A stretch of 64,000 bases of DNA from Acetatifactor sp. (GTDB lineage Bacteria; Bacillota; Clostridia; Lachnospirales; Lachnospiraceae): NCBI GenBank assembly GCA_016293615.1, contig JAEDDX010000002.1:27183-91182 (forward strand), written 5' to 3'. Within the stretch, counting starts at the first letter, position 1; each line of letters opens with the position of its first letter. The notes under the pieces are model-generated. The model made no database searches. It saw nothing but the letters and a program-made list of their open reading frames with translations, and had not been told where the DNA came from. Of the stretch, positions 10,974 to 18,814 are shown in pieces. The position numbers and the translations under genes are program-made.

Positions 10974-12590
10974 CTATTTTACCAGATCCATAGGATCGAT
11001 CAGACACTCTAAGAGCATGGACTCATCCTCCTTGAGGAAAGCGTCGATCACTTCCTCACAGTGCTCCATTGTTTTCAGGCGAAGGAACGGAATGCCGTAG
11101 GCTGCGGATAGTTTCTCGAGGTCAGGGCTTCCGGAAAGGTCAACGACCGAATAATGATCCTTGTAAGTATAATGCTGGTATTCTCTTACCATTCCGAGGT
11201 AGTTGTTCTTCAGAACGATAATCTTGACAGGAATGTGATGCTGACACATGGTTGCGAGCTCCATCATGGACATCTGGAAGGAACCGTCACCGCAGACTGC
11301 CACGACCTGTCTGTCCGGACATGCTTTCTTAGCGCCCATCGCCGCAGGAATGGAATACCCCATGGTTCCCATACCGCCGGAGGTTAAGAATCTGCCTGAC
11401 TTAATCTTGGCATATCCGCAGGACCAGATCTGATTCTGCCCTACATCGGCCACATATACAGCGTTCTCTTCCATCTTCTCGGTCAACATGGAGATGAAGC
11501 CGGCAGGATCTACATAGGCAGGGTTGGGATTGCGCTTTGGCGCCAGCGTCCTGCGATATTCATTCAGAGTCTTGAGCCACTCTGTGTAGTCAGCCTCAAA
11601 AGGCTCCTTGTCCAAATCATAAAAAATATGCTTGGCATCGCCTACCAGAGGGATTCCGGGGCCTGCATTCTTGCCGATCTCGGCAGGGTCTACATCGATA
11701 TGTACCAGCACTTTATTCCTGGTAATCAGATCGGGCTGGCTGATTGCACGGTCAGCAACTCTCGCGCCGACCATGATGATAAGGTCTGCATCATTCATTG
11801 CACGGTTTGCATAAGGCTTGCCGTTGTTGCCCACCATTCCGAAGTACAGGGGATGACCGGTCGGAATGACGCCGATGCCCATCATCGTGGAAACGACGGG
11901 GATACCATGTGCTTCCGCAAACGATCTAAGCTCAGCCTGCGCCTCGCTTAAAATGACACCGCCTCCGGCACAGATGATCGGCCGCTTGGCCTTCTCCAAC
12001 TCTTTAATAACCTTTTTGATCTGTACGGCATGTCCCTTAACGGTAGGTTTATAGGTACGAATGGAAATCTCGTCCGGATATTTGAATTTTGAAATCGCGG
12101 CGTTCTGAATGTCGATCGGGATATCGATCAAGACAGGGCCTTTTCTTCCGGAATTGGCTATGTAGAACGCCTCCTTGAAAATGCGGGGGATCTCGTTGAC
12201 ATCCTTCACCAGATAACTATACTTCACAAAGGATTCCACTGCGCCTGTGATATCGGCTTCCTGGAACACATCGCTTCCGAGCAGTTCACTGTTTACCTGT
12301 CCGGTAATGCAGACCAAAGGAATGCTGTCCGCAAAAGCAGTTGCGATACCGGTGATGACATTGGTTGCACCGGGGCCGGATGTCACGGCACAGACGCCGG
12401 GCTTACCGGTCAGTCTTGCCATACCGCTTGCAGCATGAGCGGCATTCTGCTCGGTTCTGATCAAAACAGTTTCAATATCGGACTCCAGAATACTATTGTA
12501 AAAAGGACAGATCGCAACACCCGGATAACCGAATACCGTTGTTACTCCTTCCGCCTCGAGACATTTGATAATGGCTTCAGCACCAATCAT
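10974..12590 (-). CDS. ilvB: Acetolactate synthase large subunit, copy 1
   Basis: FGYPG, TEQNAAHAA, TSGPGATN, TSGGMGTMG, ThDP motif GDGSFQM...NNYLGMVR. Confidence 0.9.
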   Translation of the reverse strand: MIGAEAIIKCLEAEGVTTVFGYPGVAICPFYNSILESDIETVLIRTEQNAAHAASGMARLTGKPGVCAVTSGPGATNVITGIATAFADSIPLVCITGQVNSELLGSDVFQEADITGAVESFVKYSYLVKDVNEIPRIFKEAFYIANSGRKGPVLIDIPIDIQNAAISKFKYPDEISIRTYKPTVKGHAVQIKKVIKELEKAKRPIICAGGGVILSEAQAELRSFAEAHGIPVVSTMMGIGVIPTGHPLYFGMVGNNGKPYANRAMNDADLIIMVGARVADRAISQPDLITRNKVLVHIDVDPAEIGKNAGPGIPLVGDAKHIFYDLDKEPFEADYTEWLKTLNEYRRTLAPKRNPNPAYVDPAGFISMLTEKMEENAVYVADVGQNQIWSCGYAKIKSGRFLTSGGMGTMGYSIPAAMGAKKACPDRQVVAVCGDGSFQMSMMELATMCQHHIPVKIIVLKNNYLGMVREYQHYTYKDHYSVVDLSGSPDLEKLSAAYGIPFLRLKTMEHCEEVIDAFLKEDESMLLECLIDPMDLVK

Positions 12591-12637
12591 TTTATCTTCC
12601 TCCTTATTTCAAAGAATCACTCTGTAATCATGTCGCA

Positions 12638-15079
12638 TCAAAGCGATTCTGTCAATCTCTGTGCTAATTTTACCGCATCCGCAGCATCTTTGGAATAGCC
12701 GTCCGCACCGATTTCATCCGCATATTCCTGTGTGATGACAGCGCCGCCTATCATGACCTTGGATGAGACGCCGCAGCTGTGCGCATATTCGATCACATCC
12801 TTCATACGCTGCATGGTAGTCGTCATCAGAGCGGACAACGCAATAATCTGCGCATTGTTCTCCTTAGCAGCGGCAATAATCTCCTCCTTTGGAACATCTT
12901 TGCCGAGATCAATGACTCGGAAGCCGTAATTTTTGAGCATCAAAGCGACCAGATTCTTACCGATGTCATGAATGTCCCCTTCCACGGTAGCAATGACCAC
13001 GACCGGCATGTCTTTAGAATCTGTCTGCTGTAACAGCAAAGGCTCCAACACTTCGATTGCCTGCTTCATTGCCTCGGCGGAGGCAATCAGCTGGGGCAGG
13101 AAATATTTTCCTTTGTCAAACAGTTCACCGACTTCATTGATTGCAGGCAACAAAGCATTGTTCAGGAGTTCCTGCGGGTCTTCGCCGTGCTCCAAAGCCA
13201 CTTTTGTCAGATCTGCGACAGCGTTTCGATTTCCCTTCAACACAGCGTCAAAAAGCTGTTTCTTAAAGTCAGCCGCTTCCGGCTTCGGCTTCTGTGCTTT
13301 GACAACTGCTGTTTCGTCTGCCTTATGTGCATTGGAATACTCTATATAGCGAAGGTCTGCCTCCTTCTTCGCAAGCAGCAGGTCGGTTGCCAGTGCACCT
13401 CTGACCAACAGCTCCTGAGAAGGATTTGCGATTGCCATGGTAAGACCTGCCTGAATCGCCAGTGTCAGGAATGCGGTGTTAACATAACTTCTGTCGGGCA
13501 TGCCGAATGATATGTTGGATAATCCGCAGACGGTTGCAAAACCGTTGTCTTTACAAAAACGTATGGTCTCAAGAGTTTCCACAGCCGCGTTCCGGTTCGC
13601 CCCGACGGTTGTCACGAGCCCGTCCACAATGATATCGTCTTTTGTAAGCCCCAAAGAAAACGCTCTTTCGGAAACGGTTTCGATGATCCGGATCTTCTCT
13701 TCCAGGCTTTCGGGAAGTCCGTTGTCAGACAGAGGGAGCAGGATGAACATTGCTCCGTACTTTTTGGCAATCGGAATCAGTTTTTCAAACTTCTCTGTTT
13801 CGTAAGAGATGGAATTGATCAGTGCGCGTCCCGGATAATGGCGAAGCGCCGCCTCCAGCACATCAATATGGCTGGAATCCAGCGATAAAGGAAGGACGGA
13901 TGCCGTGCTTACCTCCTCGATGGTCCTCAGCATCATTTCTTTTTCGTCAATGCCGCTCATTCCCATATTGATATCGAGAATTCTGGCACCGCAGCTCTCC
14001 TGTTCCTCGGCAAACTGCAGCACAAGATCCATTTTGCCTTCACGAAGCTGCGCCTGCAGAGCCTTTTTTCCTGTGGGATTGATCCTCTCACCGATGATGA
14101 TAAAGTTATCGTCCTGTGTAAAGGACAAAAGTTTTCTTTCGGAAGCAAGATATCGGATGCCTTCCGGGCTTCTGAAAACGGCGGAAGAAATCTTTGTTCC
14201 GAAGGTCTCTCGAATCTTCGAGATATACTCAGGGGAAGTACCGCAGCAGCCGCCGATGATGGTCGCACCGGCTTCCACAAGCACTTTCATCTCCTCCGCG
14301 AATGTATCGGCGTCCATGCTGTAACAGGTCACCCCTTCTTCGTTCAGGAAAGGTAAGCCTGCATTGGGCTTGGCGATGATCGGTATTTCCTTCGTCACAG
14401 AACACATATCCGCAACGATCTGTTTCATGGAGGAAGGACCCGAAGAACAGTTGACGCCGATTGCGCAGGCACCAAGGCTTTCCAGCACAACGGCAGCCGT
14501 TTTGGCATCTGTGCCGAATAAGGTGCGGCCGTCCGCCTCAAAGGTCAGGGTAATCATGACGGGGAGGTCGCAGACTTCTTTCGCCGCAATCAGCGCTGCC
14601 CTGCATTCTGCGAGACTCATCATCGTCTCTACAACAAGCAGATCGACGCCGGCTTTGACCAGAGACACAATCTGCTCCTTATATACCTCTATCAAGGTTT
14701 CAAGCTCCATATTTCCGAAGGGCTTTAGCTGCTCGCCTGTCATGGTCAGGTCGCCCGCAACGAATACTCTGCGGTCCGCAGCCGTAGCAGCGGCTTCCTT
14801 TGAAATAGCTACCAGCTCCTGTATCATGGAATCCAGATGCTCTTCCAGACCGTATTCAGCAAGTTTTATCCGATTCGCAGTAAAGGTTGGTGCATAAAGG
14901 ATATCCGAGCCTGCCTCTACATAACACTTCTGAAGCTTGAGCATGACATCTCTGTGTTCCAGGATCCATTGTTCCGGACAGACGCCGGAAGGCATGCCGG
15001 CCTTTACCAGATTGGAGCCGGTGGCCCCGTCTAAATAGATGATCTGTTCCGTCAAAGAGCGAAACTTGGCATGTGTCAT
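12638..15079 (-). CDS. metH: Cobalamin-dependent methionine synthase (Hcy, pterin and B12-binding domains; no AdoMet activation domain)
   Basis: LDGATG, GVNC, GGCCGT, IGERINPTG, GLSNISFG, DIHDIGKN, SALMTTT; ends after the B12-binding domain. Confidence 0.9.
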   Translation of the reverse strand: MTHAKFRSLTEQIIYLDGATGSNLVKAGMPSGVCPEQWILEHRDVMLKLQKCYVEAGSDILYAPTFTANRIKLAEYGLEEHLDSMIQELVAISKEAAATAADRRVFVAGDLTMTGEQLKPFGNMELETLIEVYKEQIVSLVKAGVDLLVVETMMSLAECRAALIAAKEVCDLPVMITLTFEADGRTLFGTDAKTAAVVLESLGACAIGVNCSSGPSSMKQIVADMCSVTKEIPIIAKPNAGLPFLNEEGVTCYSMDADTFAEEMKVLVEAGATIIGGCCGTSPEYISKIRETFGTKISSAVFRSPEGIRYLASERKLLSFTQDDNFIIIGERINPTGKKALQAQLREGKMDLVLQFAEEQESCGARILDINMGMSGIDEKEMMLRTIEEVSTASVLPLSLDSSHIDVLEAALRHYPGRALINSISYETEKFEKLIPIAKKYGAMFILLPLSDNGLPESLEEKIRIIETVSERAFSLGLTKDDIIVDGLVTTVGANRNAAVETLETIRFCKDNGFATVCGLSNISFGMPDRSYVNTAFLTLAIQAGLTMAIANPSQELLVRGALATDLLLAKKEADLRYIEYSNAHKADETAVVKAQKPKPEAADFKKQLFDAVLKGNRNAVADLTKVALEHGEDPQELLNNALLPAINEVGELFDKGKYFLPQLIASAEAMKQAIEVLEPLLLQQTDSKDMPVVVIATVEGDIHDIGKNLVALMLKNYGFRVIDLGKDVPKEEIIAAAKENNAQIIALSALMTTTMQRMKDVIEYAHSCGVSSKVMIGGAVITQEYADEIGADGYSKDAADAVKLAQRLTESL

Positions 15080-15276
15080 GAGAAATTCCTTTCCGTTTAT
15101 AAGGGCATAAGCTATAAACTGATAGATTATCCTATCAATAATAACATAGAGTGATTTTAATAGTAAAGGGGGTGATTTAACCAATTTTTAAGATGTTGGC
15201 TCTTGCTTCATATGCTAAAATGTGATAAATTACTGTCATATCTACTACAATGATACGGTACTCGGAGGAGATTGTC

Positions 15277-15744
15277 TTGAAAAAGAAGATATTCAGCTTG
15301 TTGACTGTTTTAGTCACTACCGCTGTTTTGATTGGATGTGGACAACAGGATGCAGAATTGACAGAATTTCAAACCAATATGGATGCTTTTTGTACGAAGG
15401 TATCCGAAATCGATGTCAGCATTAACTCAATCGACGCGGATGCAGAGGATGCTGTCGAGCAGCTTCTGGGCAAGCTGGATGAACTCGAGCAATTGTTTCA
15501 GGGCTTTTCCGCCCTCGATTTTCCGGAGGAATTTGATTATCTTGAACCGATCGCAGCGGAATCCGGCGAGTATATGAAAACAGCCGTAGCCAGCTATCAT
15601 GATGCGTACAGTAACGATTCTTACAACGAATATACTGCTGAATACGCAAGGGAAAATTATTACAGAGCCTATAAGAGAGTCAAAATCATCCTCTCTTTTC
15701 TGCACGGTGAAACACCTGAGGGCGTTAACTTCGAAGAACAATAA
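15277..15744 (+). CDS. Hypothetical lipoprotein
   Basis: TTG start after GGAGGAG; KKK, hydrophobic stretch and lipobox LIGC; acidic helical body. Confidence 0.75.
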   Translation: MKKKIFSLLTVLVTTAVLIGCGQQDAELTEFQTNMDAFCTKVSEIDVSINSIDADAEDAVEQLLGKLDELEQLFQGFSALDFPEEFDYLEPIAAESGEYMKTAVASYHDAYSNDSYNEYTAEYARENYYRAYKRVKIILSFLHGETPEGVNFEEQ

Positions 15745-15746
15745 AC

Positions 15747-15786
15747 AAAAGTGGTTTGAATCAAAGGGAATTCAAACCACTTTTTT
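15747..15786. terminator. Bidirectional terminator between convergent genes
   Basis: AAAAGTGGTTTGAAT-N8-ATTCAAACCACTTTTTT. Confidence 0.8.
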
Positions 15787-15798
15787 CTTGTTTCATAT

Positions 15799-16224
15799 TT
15801 ACAAATCAGACATCGTGATTCCAAAGCATAAACGCAGCACATTTTTGATGATAAAGTTGAGCGCGAATATTAAGACAAATCCCCATAGATACCAATCATG
15901 ATATTTCCAGGGATGCACTCTCCTGCATCCGAGCCGATACAGTGTCTGCGTCAACATGAAACCTGCATACAGGATGAAAGAATATACGACACCGGGATGA
16001 TACCAAAAAGCCTTGAGAAAGTGACCTTGTAATAAAGAAAACACTGCTCTCGTACCACCACAGCCCGGGCAATACATATCAAACAGGAGAATCGCCGCAC
16101 AGGGAATCTGCGGGAAATATCGCAGGAAAATATATCGATACCCCAGCCACACAAGAGGCAGTATCAGCAGCACGACAATTCCGATTCGATATAACTCATC
16201 TTCCGTCGTATTTACTTTTTTCAT
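15799..16224 (-). CDS. DUF2752-like membrane protein
   Basis: Signature PC...YCPGCGGTRA; three hydrophobic segments. Confidence 0.8.
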   Translation of the reverse strand: MKKVNTTEDELYRIGIVVLLILPLVWLGYRYIFLRYFPQIPCAAILLFDMYCPGCGGTRAVFSLLQGHFLKAFWYHPGVVYSFILYAGFMLTQTLYRLGCRRVHPWKYHDWYLWGFVLIFALNFIIKNVLRLCFGITMSDL

Positions 16225-16228
16225 CGTC

Positions 16229-16684
16229 TTAATCCTGCATCATCTCCATGGCTTCTCTGAATTCAGGCGTATTCACAATCTCCGCAAACGGACCGCCTCC
16301 CGTGAAAACGGCGGAAAAAATCAGAATCATATAAACAAGCATGATCAGACCGAGCACAATGGAAATAATGCTGCATATCAGTCCGGCAATACCGATTCCG
16401 TTGCTGCCGGATTTTTTGTTGCCGATAATTGCAAAAATCAATCCGAGGATTCCGAAGAACAACCCTACAATACCGTAACAGCAGCACAAAGGCATACCGA
16501 TGATTCCCAGTACAAGGGATGCAATCTGGAATCCGTTGGCTCCCTGCGGCTCTGTGGATTCAGGAGCCTCGTATGCATTTTGAGAAGTATAGTCCTGATA
16601 AAATGTAGTTTGTTCCGTATCTGTCTGCTCTGCAGACTTATCCTGCTGTTGACCAAAATAGTCATCATTGAAATTGTTAGACAT
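16229..16684 (-). CDS. DUF4190-like membrane protein
   Basis: Low-complexity acidic N-terminus, then IASLVLGIIG...IAGLICSII. Confidence 0.75.
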   Translation of the reverse strand: MSNNFNDDYFGQQQDKSAEQTDTEQTTFYQDYTSQNAYEAPESTEPQGANGFQIASLVLGIIGMPLCCCYGIVGLFFGILGLIFAIIGNKKSGSNGIGIAGLICSIISIVLGLIMLVYMILIFSAVFTGGGPFAEIVNTPEFREAMEMMQD

Positions 16685-16803
16685 AATGTAAGTCCCCCTT
16701 TGTAATAGTCATATCTTAATTATGATACCACAGAATCAAAGTATTTGTCTATATGTGAAACCAGGAACCCGAGTAAATTCTTTTTCTTTTATGGTATCAG
16801 CGT

Positions 16804-16847
16804 AAAAAGAAAGGACAAATCAAGCTTTTTCGGCTTGATCTGTCCTT
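16804..16847 (-). terminator. Terminator after the GGGtGRT gene
   Basis: AAGGACAaATCAAGC...GCTTGATcTGTCCTT with T tail on the minus strand. Confidence 0.7.
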
Positions 16848-16868
16848 ATAGTATTTCGGAAGAATATC

Positions 16869-17879
16869 TTAGAACTTGCCTTCCTTAGCTGCTTCCTCGA
16901 TGGATACGGCAACAGCAACAGTCATACCAACCATAGGGTTGTTACCTGCACCGATCAGACCCATCATTTCAACATGAGCGGGAACGGAGGAAGAACCTGC
17001 GAACTGTGCATCGGAGTGCATACGTCCCAGAGTATCGGTCATACCGTAGGAAGCGGGACCTGCAGCCATGTTATCGGGATGAAGGGTACGTCCGGTACCG
17101 CCGCCGGATGCAACGGAGAAGTACTTCTTACCCTGCTCGATACACTCTTTCTTGTAGGTACCTGCAACGGGATGCTGGAATCTGGTAGGGTTGGTGGAGT
17201 TACCGGTAATGGAAACATCTACACCTTCCTTGTGCATGATTGCAACGCCTTCGCAAACATCGTTTGCACCGTAGCAGTTAACCTTAGCACGAAGGCCTTC
17301 GGAATAAGACTTACGGAATACTTCCTTAACAGTGTTGGTGTAAGGATCGTACTCGGTCTCTACGTAAGTAAAGCCGTTGATACGGGAAATGATCTGAGCA
17401 GCGTCTTTTCCAAGACCGTTCAGGATAACTCTCAGAGGTTTCTGACGAACCTTGTTTGCCTTCTCAGCAATACCGATAGCACCTTCTGCTGCAGCGAAGG
17501 ACTCATGTCCTGCCAGGAAGCAGAAGCACTCGGTCTCTTCCTCAAGAAGCATCTTGCCAAGGTTACCATGGCCAAGACCTACCTTACGGGTATCAGCAAC
17601 GGAACCGGGAATACAGAAAGCCTGAAGACCTTCACCGATTGCTGCTGCTGCGTCAGCTGCTCTTCTGCAGCCCTTCTTGATTGCGATTGCAGCACCTACA
17701 ATGTAAGCCCAGCAAGCGTTCTCGAAACAGATAGGCTGAATGCCTTTGATCTGATTGTAAACATCAAGGCCGGCATCCTTGGTGATCTTCTCAGCTTCCT
17801 CAAGGGAGGCGATGCCGTAGCTGTTCAATACGGAATTGATCTTGTCAATTCGTCTTTCATATGATTCAAATAATGCCAT
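16869..17879 (-). CDS. GGGtGRT family protein (function unknown)
   Basis: Contains the eponymous SVASGGGTGRTLHPDN motif; strong RBS AGGAGG. Confidence 0.92.
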   Translation of the reverse strand: MALFESYERRIDKINSVLNSYGIASLEEAEKITKDAGLDVYNQIKGIQPICFENACWAYIVGAAIAIKKGCRRAADAAAAIGEGLQAFCIPGSVADTRKVGLGHGNLGKMLLEEETECFCFLAGHESFAAAEGAIGIAEKANKVRQKPLRVILNGLGKDAAQIISRINGFTYVETEYDPYTNTVKEVFRKSYSEGLRAKVNCYGANDVCEGVAIMHKEGVDVSITGNSTNPTRFQHPVAGTYKKECIEQGKKYFSVASGGGTGRTLHPDNMAAGPASYGMTDTLGRMHSDAQFAGSSSVPAHVEMMGLIGAGNNPMVGMTVAVAVSIEEAAKEGKF

Positions 17880-17897
17880 TTTCGTTGTCCTCCTATC

Positions 17898-18590
17898 TTA
17901 TTCCTGTCTGGGATCAATGATCTTAACAGCATCAGCAACACGACCATACTGGCCCTTTGCCTTCTCCCATGCAGTGTTGGGATCATCACCCTTCTTGATG
18001 AAGTCAGTCATCTTTCCAAGGCTTACGAACTGGTATCCGATGATCTGGTCATCAGCGTCAAGCGCAATGCCGGTTACATAACCCTCAGCCATCTCAAGAT
18101 AACGAGGTCCTTTCTTCAGAGTGCCGTACATGGTACCAACCTGGCTTCTAAGTCCCTTACCAAGATCCTCAAGACCTGCACCGATAGGAAGTCCGTCCTC
18201 GGAGAAAGCAGACTGTGTACGACCATAAACGATCTGCAGGAACAGCTCTCTCATAGCGGTGTTGATGGCATCACAAACAAGGTCGGTGTTCAGAGCTTCC
18301 ATAACGGTTCTGCCGGGAAGAATCTCAGCAGCCATAGCTGCAGAGTGAGTCATACCGGAACATCCGATGGTCTCTACCAGAGCTTCCTGGATGATACCTT
18401 CCTTAACATTCAGGGTCAGCTTGCAGGCACCCTGCTGAGGAGCACACCAGCCCACACCATGAGTCAGACCGGAAATATCCTTTACATCTTTTGCTTTTAC
18501 CCATTTTGCTTCTTCAGGGATGGGAGCACAGCCATGATTAACGCCCTGTGCTACCGGACACATTTCTTCAACTTCCTTTGAATAGATCAT
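17898..18590 (-). CDS. IscU/NifU-like protein, partner of GGGtGRT
   Basis: Cys pattern GWCAPQQGACKL...IGCSGMTHSA...LVCDAI; ATG 18590 after AAAGGAG. Confidence 0.8.
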   Translation of the reverse strand: MIYSKEVEEMCPVAQGVNHGCAPIPEEAKWVKAKDVKDISGLTHGVGWCAPQQGACKLTLNVKEGIIQEALVETIGCSGMTHSAAMAAEILPGRTVMEALNTDLVCDAINTAMRELFLQIVYGRTQSAFSEDGLPIGAGLEDLGKGLRSQVGTMYGTLKKGPRYLEMAEGYVTGIALDADDQIIGYQFVSLGKMTDFIKKGDDPNTAWEKAKGQYGRVADAVKIIDPRQE

Positions 18591-18814
18591 GTGAAATCTC
18601 CTTTCAATTGTGTACATACCGAGCAAACCGGCTCACATCCTGCAGTATCCTGAATTTGCTCGTGTTCCTACACATTCTCTCACATTTACCGCAAAAAATC
18701 CAGCGATTTTTACAAAAAATCAGGAATTATGAGAAATACCTTCTCACAATCTTAATTTGCCTCTGTTTTTGTCATAATTCCGCATCACAGCAAATTCTTA
18801 CAAATCTTTTTTAT

